Source: Amphiscolops sp. MND2022 (lineage: Eukaryota). From it: a stretch of DNA of 64,000 bases. The stretch covers positions 9,798,001-9,862,000 of the forward strand of contig OZ076409.1 of assembly GCA_964187785.1 (NCBI GenBank), written 5' to 3'. The position numbers and the translations under genes were made by a program. This document shows, in pieces, positions 1 to 13,480 of the stretch. Positions within the stretch are counted from its first letter, which is position 1, and each line of letters begins with the position of its first letter. The notes beneath the pieces are model-generated. The model saw only the letters and a list, made by a program, of their open reading frames with translations, did not search any database and was not told where the DNA came from.

Positions 1-1228
1 CACCCTAGATCACAAAATATTACTTAAGAAGGAAAATATGGCTTTATAGGACCGATATACAATCTCATGGCGAACTATATGTCAGACCGTTGGCAATACG
101 TAATCCATGATGAAATCAAATCTACCATGAAATCGATTGTCACTGGTGTCCCGCAGGGATCAATTTTGGGGCCCTTCTTGTTTCTTTTATATATAAAAGA
201 CCTACCGTCAACCTCTAAAAATAGTAAGATCTCTTTTTGCTGATGATACCATAGTATGCAATATGAATAAATACTCGGATAACGAAATCACCGACGATAT
301 CCAAAGAATAACATCCTGGTTTAGACCGAATAAACTAACAGTCAGTACTGAAAAATGCGAATCTATTGGATTCCGAAATGCGTCACCAGTGAATGAATCT
401 GCCTTTGGGCAAAAAGTTGAGTTGAAAAACAGTTGTGAATACTTGGGACTTTTATTTGACAGTAAGCTAGATTTCAAAAATCATATCAAAATGATCACAA
501 AGAAATTAAACAGATTGGGTGGATTAATTTACAGGATACGAGAATTGTACCCAAGAAAATGTCTCAGTTTGTTCTATAATTCATACGGTAAATCTATTAT
601 AAGTTATGGTCTGCTGGCATATGGAGCCACTACAAAAGCAAGTTTAGAACCAATTGAAAAAGCTCAGTGGAGGATTTTTGGATCAATGTTTTTCAAAAAA
701 CAATCCGACTCACTGCTTTATATAAAGGAAGAAAATCAGCTGCAAACGGTTTTCGAACTTTACATAAACGAATTGCTCCATGAATTGATCAACGAAATCA
801 GAGGAAACTCACCATTCAATTTTTTGAAATCTGTTTTTTTCCCGCAAAAGTAAAAAAGGAAAAAGGACTGATACCATCGGTTTACACCCGTACAAAACGC
901 TGTCAATGATCTTTAAAAATATCATTTTTAAAACTCCATAATTGGTGAAAAGAAAACAGTTTGCTACCAGAAAATATCGAAAAAATGAGTAAAGCTAGTT
1001 GCGCAGCGCTTATTAAAAAAATGAATAGCAACTATATTACCAATAACAGAGATTTACATAATTTATTTTTACTAGGTCATATTATTAAAGTATCTCCTGA
1101 AAATTTATTTTGATGGTTCTCTAGGCGGGAGCATTGGAAGAGTTGAAAAACTCATTTCCCGTCCTTGTTGATTGTATTGTTACTTTTGTAATTTTATATT
1201 CAACGAAATCAATTTAACCTTAACCTGA
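1..1228 (+). mobile_element. 3' part of a non-LTR retrotransposon (CR1/L2/Jockey-like reverse transcriptase), degenerate, running off the window start
   Basis: RT motifs GVPQGSILGPFLFLLYIKDLP (~145-207) and FADDT (~236-250) in different frames; YLGLLFDSKLDF in ORF 263-853; ends in a short TTAACC-like tail at ~1210-1228. Confidence 0.9.
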
Positions 1229-1523
1229 GGAAACAGCTCCTTTTTAATCAGTAATTTTCTGCGTGTTGAAAACCTTTTTTAAAAATGTTTTAAACAATTA
1301 ATGAAAACATCGCAACCTTGTTTCTACAGTTTGGTCCTTTTAAGTTATTATTGCACAAGTTTTGACTCGTAGAAGTTGCAATGTTTTGAAATCAGTTGGT
1401 CCAATTCCGTACTTTTCCAGTGCTTTCTCCCAATAAATGATTTACTTTCTTATGTCGCGAGAACAGTCGCGAAAGATAAAGCTTTGTCATGATAATTTTA
1501 TTGAAAGGAAATGTTGAAAAGTT

Positions 1524-1921
1524 GGACCATGTTTCGTATTCCCCCCTTCGTTTGCTTTGAAAATTTGGTCCAATAAAGTAATTGATGTCGACATAATCCT
1601 ATTCATTACATTGCCAGTTAAAAATGCTCATTAGATTTTCTCACAGAGAAAATTTGCGTTGAAATGGGGCTTTTTTATACGATTTTACCTTAAAAGTGAA
1701 TTTCTGCTATTTTGGACAATAATATTTAAAAATTAGGGTAAATTTTTTGCCTGAAGTGTCCAAACAGTTGTAGAGACAATCCTCTATTTACATTCATTAA
1801 TATTCTCCAATTAGTGAAATATTTTTTATTCAACAACAAAATGTGCTTTCGTGTTGGGGGGGGGGGGGGTATTCGCATATTCCCAACAAGGTGTACCGGG
1901 GGGCGATAGAACACATGGTCC
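1524..1921. mobile_element. MITE with ~23-bp imperfect TIRs (GGACCATGT...CCCCCC)
   Basis: GGACCATGTTTCGTATTCCCCCC at 1524 vs reverse complement of the end, GGACCATGTGTTCTATCGCCCCCC; flanked by AAAGTT on both sides (1518-1523, 1922-1927). Confidence 0.75.
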
Positions 1922-2861
1922 AAAGTTCATTCGTTAGTTGAACAGAAACTATCTTTTTTCGCGTGCATAGAAAATCCTGACAATCCTATCAAACCAATTT
2001 TTTTTTGCCTTGCGAGATAAAATTCATTTTGTTTGTAGGTGCCGAGCATCTGTCCGAACAATTTCCTTCGATGACGATACTGACTTCAGAGCTCCACGAA
2101 GATGACATCCCTACGAATTTTGGACGTCGATATTTTGGAACTGATTGAAAATGATTCCGATGAATTGATCCTTTATTTTTATTGGAAAATTATTTTCGCT
2201 ATGTAATTCCCCCTTCTCATATTCTGTTACCCCGCTGTTGAATTGGGTAGTGGTATCTATGCCCTTTGCCTCAAAGTTTCGAAAATAGAGATCAAAGAAT
2301 TCCTTTCGGAATTTATTTTTCCTTGAAGTTACTGGATCTTGTAAGTTTTAGATGCTAAATCGAGTCACAAGCGTAATTTGGTGGTACGTAGCACTCGGAC
2401 TGCTATAAAATAGCCGAAACAATTCCGGGGCTGAGATATCGTTAATTGTGAATTTTCAGATCCTTTGAACAAAATTATTTTTCACAAAAAAGAACAGTCG
2501 AGTTGAACAAAACTAATCGTAGTCGCTTCAACTAGTGAGGTGTGGTGAAATAATATCGACGACACACGTCGAATAATAATTGAGTGCAAACTCGTCGAAT
2601 AATAACAGATTAGCAACAGGGATTATCGAGTGCTAATTATGGATTAACTTTCATTAATTGATGCGTGAAATTGTCAGTTTTACGCATGATATAACTTTTT
2701 TAGATATATAATTGTTTGAAATATTTCACTTTTATAGTTTACAGTGTAATACTTCATGATAATTTAGAACTTCATAACACGGTATGATCACAAAGTTAGC
2801 ACTATATTAGCTTGAGATTATTTTCTATTCTTGCGACGAGTTTTCCGTTTTAGAGTTTCAG

Positions 2862-2910
2862 CGAGTTGCTTTTCGACGAGTTGTTTTCGACGAGTTGTTT
2901 TCGACGAGTT
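2862..2910. repeat. 14-bp tandem repeat (CGAGTTGTTTTCGA), ~3.5 copies
   Basis: Directly visible; an inverted related motif (AACTCGTCGAA) lies at ~2589. Confidence 0.8.
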
Positions 2911-5088
2911 TTCTTAGATTCACATGAGCATCTAAGATTAAAGTCCAAATTCGACATCGTGGACTGAAAAGGTAGTGTGAACAAAAAACGTAATTTAAAG
3001 TTCGCGAAAGTGGGGACCCGACGTTTTGTCGGCGCTTTCTTTGATAAAGCAGATTATAATTGACTTTTAGGAACCATGCCAAGGGGAAAATTTTAGAATA
3101 AAATCTCAATCAGATATGCTGCTGGCTAAGATTCATCGGTAGTGTTACAGCATTGGATACGAAAAAAGGTCCCAGGCTCGAATCCCTGTAGTTGTGAAGA
3201 GACAGAGAGACCAATCCAGGATTACTCCATTTGTAAGTTACGATCAGGGTTTTATTATATCAGGAACAATTAACATGTTAAACGCTTCATTCCACCAGCC
3301 AGGAGACCTTTCCTTCTTTGAACAGGGTTTCAAATATAGCATTCGAAGCTGAAAATATCGGAATGATTTTTTTTATTCACTTGCCTTTAATCTGAAGAAC
3401 CGGGAACGGCTCAAGTCAGCGTCGCGCTCAAGGTTCAAAAGAGTGAAGCTTTTTTAAATATGCAAAAGGACTTTTGTTGAAATTTTATCAAAATTTTAGG
3501 CCGAAAAAATTTTTGAAAAATCTCAATGCAGAAAATTGTAAAGGGGGCCCTTTGGGCTTTTTGAAAACCAAGTTTGTCGCAAAATGTCAAAAACGGGGGA
3601 CATTTTAGAGACATAAGAAATTTCGAAAAAAGTCTCAAAGCTGAAAGAAGCATGAAAAACTTTGGTCGAGTGCGAGACCCGAACCGACGTACTTCTGCTT
3701 CTCAGATCTCAAAAATTCCGAATTAACCTCTGTGCCAAGTGGTAGTAGAAGTTACATGTTACAAAGTAACAGCTTATAAAACTTATAAAATCTGTCAGTT
3801 CCTCGGTCCTAAAATCCAAAAGTTACTATAGTCTGCTTTTTCTACAAAGCGTCGACAAAAACGGTTATAATAGCAAAACACGCGTTGACACTGCAATCTT
3901 TTTTGTATCATGGTACAAAAACCTTTCATGCAAAAGTTTGATTGCTCATTTGGGATACTACAAATTCACAAAAGAACGTGAAAATCGATTTACAATAGCC
4001 TATGGTTGTTCAAAAAATACTCCTATTTTTAGGGCTGAATCATCCAGATTTCGCCAAGGAACTTTGCTCTTACTTTCTCTTTTAGAACTGAAATTCGAAA
4101 CACTGGACCATTTCTAGCCCCCGATGCGAGTGTTTTCGAACATGGATAAAAGTTTGAACGCCCAGAAACTTCCTCAAGAAAAAACGGAAACCTAACCTCT
4201 TTGTACAGGCAAAATTCATTTCGCAGTATTGCTTTTTCTTTTTTTTAAAAAAAAGCAACCCCACCTGTTGTTCATTCAAATCTTCTGGGTATCAGGTTGA
4301 GTTTCCAGCCTAAATAGTTACAACTTCGATTTTTGACACTCTTGAGATTTATGAATTACTGTTCTTGACCATGCTTGAGAATCTTTGCTCTGTATGAATT
4401 TTGAGCGGGACACCAACTTATGCCGTTCCTGGTTTGTTCCTTGAGAAATTGAATAAATGCTCGAGAGAACATGTGAGATCAAAAATGTAAAACGCAGGTG
4501 AGTACGAAATTCAAGTAATCAAAGGTTTTTGGTGATTTATGGTCTGCCGGAACTTGGCAATATGGCCCAAAAATGCAATCTCAGGAGTATCTTCAGCTTC
4601 AGTGGAGCGAGCGTACTCTCAATACAACAATGTTTTTGTGGATTAAACCTTTGACCAAACGAAACAACCTTGCCTTGGAGGAAGTGTTTTTCATTTACTT
4701 CAATGTTTCCAAGTTGTTGAAGATTAACTTTTGTTCAAGTGTTTCCAGAAAATTACTAAGATTTTCTTGTGGTTCAATGAAACGTTTGTTAGAAAGGTCC
4801 GCGTTTTTTCAGGAAATGTCGTCAATACCAGACGGACTAGTTCTAGCACTAAACCGGGAACGACCCAAGTCTACGCTACGCTCAAAGTTCAAATAGAGTA
4901 AACTGTTATAATCATGCTAAAAACTACATTGTGAAATATAATATCAGATTTACAGTTACAAGAATACCCGAGGACACCCATAAGAACCGAAAATCATTTT
5001 TATTTAGCTCGAAACATCATAAATCCCAATTTATAATAAATTGTCGAAATGGTTTTGATCTAAAAGAGTCTCATGGTGCCGAAAAACC

Positions 5089-5665
5089 AAACAAGACGGG
5101 AAGTCTAAAGTCGGCGCTATATCTACGGCTCAAAAAAGCGCTAAGTTTTTAAACTTGTAAAAGGGGGGACCCTTTCAGCTTTTTGAAAATCCAGTCTGTT
5201 GCAAAATATCAAAAAAATTGAAGGAGACAATAAAAAAATTCGGGAATTTTTTTAAAAAAACTTTCGAAAAAACAAAAAATGAGAATTTTGAAAGTCTCAC
5301 AGTGCCGAAAAACTAGAAAGGGGGACCCTTTGGGCTTTTTGAAACTTCAGTTTGCTGCAAAATATCAAAAAACTTGAAGGGGGGACCGTTTGGCGACAAA
5401 AGAAAATTCGAAAAAAAGCACAGTGCCGAAAAAAAATTCAAAGGGGGACCCTGTAGTCCCGTCCGGTTTTGTATCTTACGTTAAAAATTGAGTACACAAA
5501 AGGGGGACCCTTTGCAGTAACTCAGATGTGATTCCGCTTGCCGGTTCAGTACTTTTAGTAGTTCTATAAAAAGTGTCCACTACGCATACATTCTGTGGTC
5601 TGACGAAAAAAAAACTTGCCACTGTAATAGTCGGGCTCATTTTGATAAAATGCACCGACTAAAAA
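5089..5665 (-). mobile_element. Non-autonomous Helentron/HINE-like repeat with internal GGGGGACCCTTT arrays
   Basis: On the minus strand it begins TTTTAGTCGGTGC, has a sub-terminal inverted copy (GCGCCGACTT) and ends CCCGTCTTGTTT; internal repeats of AAGGGGGACCC and CAGTGCCGAAAA; related fragments at ~3397-3860 and ~32585-33020. Confidence 0.55.
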
Positions 5666-6189
5666 GAGAAGGTTCAGGTCCGTAACTTTTCCATCCAAAA
5701 ACTTCCCTCAAATTGATAGTGGTTTCCTAAAGAAAAACATTTTGTTGCTTAAAACTAAAAGTGACTTAGGTGAAAAAAATCATGAAATCATAGTCGCATT
5801 CGCAGAAAAACCCCACTCCTTGCTCTACCTTTGAGAGCATAAAATTCCGTTTATGCGGGACTCGTTCTTCTGCGACTCAGGTCACCGAGTCTAAAATAAT
5901 GCAATCTTCTGGGCCAAACGGTTGTGTTAAATTGTTTAAAAATTTTCAAAAGTGGGTTTTTTAGGGAAGCTGACAAAAAAATTTGCCTCTGGAAGAGTCT
6001 TGCTATTTTTTTCGTAGAAAGCGTCGACTAAAAAGAGCAATTTTCAGAGAGATCAAACTACCATAGTGCCAAATGAAAAGAAAAGATCATCAGCAGTGAT
6101 TTTACGTCAATGCTGCTGGTTTATTTTGCCCTTCAATACGAATGTTTTCGCCTCAACATCATATACATACATATACACATACATATACA

Positions 6190-7096
6190 TTGTGATCATT
6201 ATTCTGAGCTCCTGTTTGGCCAGCCTGTTATGGTTGGCTCTTATCATGTTGCTTCTGTTAGCAACTCTGCCAGCTCCATGCGAAATGGCAATTCTCGGCC
6301 GTTTACATTTCCGAGCTAAATGTCCGGCAACTCCACAATTCCTGCGTTTCTGAGTATTCGCTTCGCCGGGAGCTAGATGATTTTGCGAAAAGCAAAATCC
6401 ACAACGGGAACACGTGTTTCTTGCTGTTCTCCCTTCGATCGCTAGTACTGGTTCTGTTTTGGTTTCGCATCTTGCTGTTGGTCTTTTGGTTGAGTACAAT
6501 GGCTTTCTTGCACAGTTTATTTTTGCATATTCTGAATGAAAGCGTCGATGATGAGGCTTTCTGTTCGTTCACCAAACTCGCATTTCACAGCCAATCCTGT
6601 ACAGATATTCCAAAACTTTCTCAGTGGTTTCTGATTTTGTTTCTTTTGGTAGAAAAAATTATGTCGGTCCAATGTTCTATTGCTCGACTTGTAGAAAGTT
6701 TAATCACAGTTTTCTTTTAACTCTGTTAACGTTGCTGACGATACCGTCTTGTACGCAAACTTGTCGTTCAGGTTCGTTTTGCCTGCGACGCCCAATGATA
6801 ACAAAAGTATTTTGACAACTTTTTGTTCTGCATCACATTCATTTAGTTTGTTCCATAATGCTGCTTGTCTGGGTTCATTTTATTAACTCTGGTTTTGATA
6901 TTGCATGTTTGGCACTTACCGCGATTACGAAAAGGTTCCACAACTTCCCATTCTGACACTTCGGCACAATCCCAATAATCTAGTAGTCCTCGCAGCGCCA
7001 TGCTAGAGATATGCTGTGAACTACTGATGAGTTGTCAAAGTTGATAGAGCTGATAACACTGTATTTTGATAAGACCATATGGTAAATGGTCGCTCA
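6190..7096 (-). mobile_element. 5' fragment of a Mag-clade-like Gypsy element (short LTR candidate, PBS, degenerate gag)
   Basis: Minus strand: candidate LTR ending ...TAGCA (7001-7096) followed by PBS TGGCGCTGCGAGGA (6987-7000); double zinc knuckle CSRCG..NH.....RNCGVAGHLARKC in ORF 6107-6499. Confidence 0.65.
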
Positions 7097-8775
7097 CTCT
7101 TTTCTGATTGATAGACTTTTATTTTTAAACAACATACAACAAAGTCCAGTAAAAGTTTCAAGAGCCTGCTTCTTTTTTTGACAATGAACCGATTTAGAAT
7201 ATTCGAGATAAGACTCTCTCACATAGATAGCATTAGATGAGGCATAATTCCTAGTAAGTGTTGGAATTTTTACACAAGCCAATACCAAAGTGTTTTTGAA
7301 GTATAATTTAGGTGTTTGTAACCTTTTGATAAACCTGACATGATTTGTCGCTTGATATGAGTTGTCGCTTGGTGTGAGCTAGTCCTTTACTAAACTCTAG
7401 TTTTTAATTGAATAGCTGGTTGCACGGCGTGATAACGTATCCTGCTTCGTCGATTTTACTTATCGACTACAAAAAATTAATTATTAGGCCGGCGTCTTTT
7501 TTTTCTAAATTTTACGGTAGTCTATATTTAAACTTGAGAAAAATAGACTTTCTTCCACAAAAAAAACAAAAAATAAGGTTTGTAGCAAACCTAGTTTTGA
7601 AGAAAGTGCTACCTGAAAGTGTTTTTTTAACGAAAAGTGTCTACAATCCATAAAATGCCGAATGGGTAAATAGAGAGATTATTTGAATTTTTGAAAGTTT
7701 AATGCAATTTTGTATAGATTTCAAACGTTTTTCTCTGCATTATAGTCAACAGATTTCAACTACCAGTTGAACTCCGCAACTGTCGTCATTTGAATAGCTA
7801 GCTAAAGCGGGACACTATGATCTATGTACCATTTTCCGGTTATTTTTCGTCTGAAATTATTGGAAGTGAATTCTTTTAAAGCTTTAAGCATTTTGCAAAC
7901 TGCTTGGAAGTTTCACAAAATTTTTCCATGCATTCTACCTGAATTTCCTAGGTTTTGTACAAATTTAGCCTGCATACTTCCGTGCAGCATGTAAAAAGTT
8001 CAAGCAATTTTGACTAGGGAAAGCATTGCAAGAGGTAACTTTTTTCTGAAATCTTGCTACTGCTGCATTTTTTGTTCCTTTTTAAGCAATTTTGTCCGTT
8101 TTTTCAAAAAACTCAGCTATTTGAAGATAACGGTTTTTAATGAATGAAAAACGTTTTGAAAAAAATACAAGTACATAGATTAATGAAAATGAAAAAAATG
8201 AACCTTTGGTTTTTCGTGATATGGCTAGTTTCATAAACCCCACGTCTGAAAGTTCACACTTAACATGAATGAACTTCTAGACCCGTTCAAGTGAGTATTT
8301 GGAAAGTTTTAAGGTCGTTGAAGAAGCACTTTGTCACCATTGTTCTGACAGAATCGGAAAACGAAACCAAATAACAAGCACAATGTTCTTCTTTTCATTT
8401 TCAAGCACGGTCAAAATCGCTTTTCTAAAGTTGTTTTTTTTTCAATTCATAGTTTTTCAATGGACTCAGATAGATTCTGAACTAAATATTCAAAGTTTTG
8501 TTGGATACGGAATCAACAGTGCCTTGACGAGAGTTTTGATTGCAAACAAGAGCATGTAAGATGTATAAAATCTTGACAATAGTACAGAAGACTTTTTGTA
8601 CGGAGCTCATATCCAATTGTTTGTCCGACTCACTGTTGATAAACACGCCTGAACAACCATTAAGATCGTTTTCATTGTCATTTGTAGATAGATATCAGTA
8701 AATATGATAAACATTTGCAAATATTAATAATCGAAGTTTTAATAGGTGACGTAAACTTAGACCACAGTTTTAAAC

Positions 8776-9015
8776 ATGGGTCTTCTTCCATCTGCACTTT
8801 TTGGGAGCAATCTGTCCTTTTACATAGCCCTGGGGGTAACTGAGTTTCTGGGTCTGATGGCCGTATCCTTATCCGTTGCATGGAGCAAGAAGTACATGCA
8901 TGGATTCGAGTGGGGCGACTCCAAACTCAAGTTCAACTGGCACCCCGTTTTGATGACTGTCGGGATGGTATTCCTCCAGGGAAACTCTCTCATCATTTAC
9001 CGACTCTTGAGAAAG
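8776..9015 (+). CDS. CYB561: Cytochrome b561 family ascorbate-dependent transmembrane reductase, coding exon 1 (80 aa)
   Basis: ATG in AAACATGG context; FNWHPVLM (haem His 1) and GNSLIIYRLLRK; phase-0 donor AAG|GTTTGA at 9016. The symbol denotes the family, not a specific orthologue. Confidence 0.93.
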
Positions 9016-9042
9016 GTTTGAATTGCACACATTTACAACTAA

Positions 9043-9108
9043 GGGGAGCATGGTGTATTGGTTAGAGCATTCGGCCTGTTTGGGGCGGTAACAGGTTCGA
9101 ATCTCTGT
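9043..9108 (+). mobile_element. tRNA-derived SINE-like head
   Basis: A-box-like TGGTGTATTGG (9051) and B-box GGTTCGAATCT (9094) at tRNA spacing; no complete cloverleaf. Confidence 0.5.
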
Positions 9109-9430
9109 CAACTCACCATTGGTTGGCCTTAAGCAAGTTCTTTTCATTACTAGCTCAGTGGTATGGCCAATGACAAAAAATAACGCATCTGTGATGCCTT
9201 TTGTTGTTTATACAAGTTGTTCACTTTCGTATATACAAGATATATTAAATTACAGAAAAGTTAGAAGCACTTTCAAGTCTAACATTATCAATGTTCGAAA
9301 TAAAGTTATTGGAGGCACAGTTTTCAGTAGAAAATGAGCCCGACTGTAACAGCGGCAGGATTTTTTGTCAGATTACAGAATGTATGCGTAGATTACACTT
9401 AAAAGTAAAAATTTTTACTGGAACTACTGT

Positions 9431-9609
9431 CCAGTGTTCGACGTCTTGAATATCTTGCAAAGATCTGGCCAAGCTCTTTCCAGATCTTCCAGATCTTGCA
9501 AGATCTTCGAATAAATGCAAGATAGAATCCAAGATCTTGTCAACATATCCAAAATGAAATCCAAGATCTTGTCAAGATATCCAAGATGAACTACTTTATA
9601 AACTACTGG
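9431..9609. repeat. MITE-like repeat built from AAGATCTT/CAAGAT units
   Basis: CCAGTG...TACTGG ends with many AGATCTT units; same family as 60030-60390, ~61070-61156 and 62605-63313. Confidence 0.5.
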
Positions 9610-10188
9610 CCAAGTCCGGCCGGTGGAAACGCATCCTCTCTTTCATTTATTCCAGTTTAACGTAACATACAGAACGGGACGAGAATACAAGGATCCCTTG
9701 TTTGAAGTAACAATTTGTCAGTATTTGTCAGTATTGCCAAAAAGTATCCTTAATGATACCTGGTTATAAGGTAACCCTGTCAAAGAAAAACATTTGCATT
9801 TCGGCAGATGTTAGTGAAACCTGACACAAAAAAGATCCGAGAAATGCTGAACGAATTTTCGATCGAAATTGTGTTTCGAACTTCCTTCGATGGAAAAAGG
9901 GATTTTTTGTAAAAAATTCATATTAATGGATGCAAATTTTGGGAAAATGATATCAAAATCTTTCAAGAAATGCTCAACCAAAGTTGCAATTCTTTTACAA
10001 ATTCTGCGATTCGCTTACAAATTTTGTAAGAAATGCATAACGGCAAGTATTTCAACCGAATTTTGCAAATTTTGTGATTTCCGAAAACTAGGGAAAAACG
10101 TGGGTACCCATTGCAAACTTTTCTAGAATACTTGGACAAGATTTTGTATACTTTCGTATTCTCTGCCATTCACTCTTGGAAGCCTTGA

Positions 10189-12928
10189 TAAGATCTTGTT
10201 TATTCCTGCTTCAAACAAACCTCTTCAATTTCTCACTAATCATGTCCCCAAGGAATGTTTCTTCCTGGATTTCAGGGGAATTGGAAGTTCTGAAAGCAGC
10301 AGATAAACTTTTACAGACGTCGTTCGAGAGTCAAATGTTCTAAATCCAATTTCCATTTTCCGAGTTGTGGCAAATACGTTTTTTGCATTCATTGTTTCTA
10401 ATTCAATGAATTTATCTACAAGTAAACAAAAGGTGATGAACCCCTATGTAACCTCTACCACACTCTAAATAACCAACACGAAAAATAAGCAAAAAAGTGG
10501 ATGAAAAAAAGTAGAGATAATGTACAACAAATTATTCAGAAATAATCAAAAAGTTTGTTTGTTACACTAAAGTTTCCTTTCGAAAACCCTTTGAGTTTTA
10601 AGCAATTCTTTCCAAGGATTTTGGACTTAGCGTCTAGGAGACCACAAAAAGAGACGCACTCAATTAGTGGAAACTTTAGGTCACTACAAAACACCAATCC
10701 GAGTGAAAATAGTGAAAATACAGCTGAGACTAGTAGAGCAAGAAACTCAGAGGTTTCTTCGCAAATGTCTAGAAAACTAGAGGAAATGAAATCAGATCTA
10801 AATTCGCACATTTTGAACGTAATGTACTCAGCAATAGAAGAAAAATTAATTCCCAGCATCAGAAACGCACTGAGAGGTAAAAACTTAGCTGATAATATGA
10901 ATCCGGACCTTCGGTCAGATGGACCGCATCCAAGTTCTTTTAGTTCTGTACGTCCACAAAGGGACTTTCGGTCAATTGGACCGCACCAGGAATTTGCCGG
11001 AAGAGCGGCCCAGGATACCAGAAAGGACTTCCTTAGGTTAGTGGCAAGGAGCAGTAACCATAGGAATCATCAAAGAGAAAATTCAGTGGATTCTAGGCAA
11101 AGTGATGTTGATGATGGTTACGACATGTTGACAGGAGCCAACTATACCCCTCAAATAGTACCTGAATTTCTGACCGGACAGCCCATGCAATCCCGAAACA
11201 AGACTCCCCATCAACAGTGTATCAATGATGACACTCTTGACAAAACCCTTCCTGCACAGCAAATACCAGCCCATACGAAAACTCAGACTACAAACTCAGA
11301 ACCTCCAGTAGATCCTATTAACCGTCTTGCAGACGTAATTATTAAGATCTTGTTTATTCCTGCTTCAAACAAACCTCTTCAATTTCTCACTAATCATGTC
11401 CCCAAGGAATGTTTCTTCCTGGATTTCAGGGGAATTGGAAGTTCTGAAAGCAGCAGATAAACTTTTACAGACGTCGTTCGAGAGTCAAATGTTCTAAATC
11501 CAATTTCCATTTTCCGAGTTGTGGCAAATACGTTTTTTGCATTCATTGTTTCTAATTCAATGAATTTATCTACAAGTAAACAAAAGGTGATGAACCCCTA
11601 TGTAACCTCTACCACACTCTAAATAACCAACACGAAAAATAAGCAAAAAAGTGGATGAAAAAAAGTAGAGATAATGTACAACAAATTATTCAGAAATAAT
11701 CAAAAAGTTTGTTTGTTACAATAAAGTTTCCTTTCGAAAACCCTTTGAGTTTTAAGCAATTCTTTCCAAGGATTTTGGACTTAGCGTCTAGGAGACCACA
11801 AAAAGAGACGCACTCAATTAGTGGAAACTTTAGGTCACTACAAAACACCAATCCGAGTGAAAATAGTGAAAATACAGCTGAGACTAGTAGAGCAAGAAAC
11901 TCAGAGGTTTCTTCGCAAATGTCTAGAAAACTAGAGGAAATGAAATCAGATCTAAATTCGCACATTTTGAACGTAATGTACTCAGCAATAGAAGAAAAAT
12001 TAATTCCCAGCATCAGAAACGCACTGAGAGGTAAAAACTTAGCTGATAATATGAATCCGGACCTTCGGTCAGATGGACCGCATCCAAGTTCTTTTAGTTC
12101 TGTACGTCCACAAAGGGACTTTCGGTCAATTGGACCGCACCAGGAATTTGCCGGAAGAGCGGCCCAGGATACCAGAAAGGACTTCCTTAGGTTAGTGGCA
12201 AGGAGCAGTAACCATAGGAATCATCAAAAAGAAAATTCAGTGGATTCTAGGCAAAGTGATGTTGATGATGGTTACGACATGTTGACAGGAGCCAACTATA
12301 CCCCTCAAATAGTACCTGAATTTCTGACCGGACAGCCCATGCAATCCCGAAACAAGACTCCCCATCAACAGTGTATCAATGATGACACTCTTGACAAAAC
12401 CCTTCCTGCACAGCAAATACCAGCCCATACGAAAACTCAGACTACAAACTCAGAACCTCCAGTAGATCCCATTAACCGTCTTGCAGACGTAATTATTAAG
12501 ATCTTGTTTATTCCTGCTTCAAACAAACCTCTTCAATTTCTCACTAATCATGTCCCCAAGGAATGTTTCTTCCTGGATTTCAGGGGAATTGGAAGTTCTG
12601 AAAGCAGCAGATAAACTTTTACAGACGTCGTTCGAGAGTCAAATGTTCTAAATCCAATTTCCATTTTCCGAGTTGTGGCAAATACGTTTTTTGCATTCAT
12701 TGTTTCTAATTCAATGAATTTATCTACAAGTAAACAAAAGGTGATGAACCCCTATGTAACCTCTACCACACTCTAAATAACCAACACGAAAAATAAGCAA
12801 AAAAGTGGATGAAAAAAGTAGAGATAATGTACAACAAATTATTCAAAAATAATCATAAAGTTTGTTTGTTATACTAAAGTTTCCTTTCGAAAAGCCTTTG
12901 AGTTTTAAGCAATTCTTTCCAAGGATTT
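10189..12928 (+). repeat. 1154-bp tandem duplication arranged X-G-X-G-X (X ~433 bp local sequence; G ~721 bp copy of the Gypsy segment 14796-15519)
   Basis: X at 10189, 11343, 12497; G at ~10622-11342 and ~11776-12496; the two full units differ at only a few positions; chimeric 301-codon ORFs 10555-11460 and 11709-12614. Confidence 0.95.
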
Positions 12929-13102
12929 CATGTATAATTTGTTTTTTTTCTCTCAGTGTAAACCCTTATTCATTATATCGTATGGCGTGCTGATAAATTA
13001 TTCTTATAAAGTATTATAAAAAATTTACTTAAGACCTAGGGTGAAATGGAACTAGAGGAAAAACTCTTAAGCTTAGACGTGATCTAATTACATTTGTATT
13101 TT

Positions 13103-13480
13103 TATTTTCCGCCCACATATAAAGGGGGAGGAAAATCATGGTCTGTGTTGCGTTTTTTCCAAATTCTACAAATCTCCCAGTTTATCAAACTCACTTGTAC
13201 TTGACACTCATAACAATTTGACTATTTTTACTTGACACTCAAAACTACTTGACTATTTTAATTACTTGACTATTCTTGTTACTTGTTATATTCAAAGTAT
13301 TTTGTGTTTTACTAGGAAGAGGAAAAGGTAGAGGTTCAAAAATATTGCGCAAAATCCGAATTTTGGGGTTACATCCGAAAGAAATTGCGTTTTACATAGG
13401 TGTTAAATTTTCGATTAAGTGTCTATTGTTAGTCAACTGAAGGCGGAGAATATCTCGGTTCAATATGGGGCGTCTTGTTT
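13103..13480 (+). mobile_element. HINE/DINE-1-like non-autonomous Helentron
   Basis: 5' TATTTTCCGCCC with sub-terminal inverse GGCGGAGAATA (13442), 3' end GGGCGTCTTGTTT and internal CTTGAC micro-repeats; same termini as 35635-36124. Confidence 0.65.
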
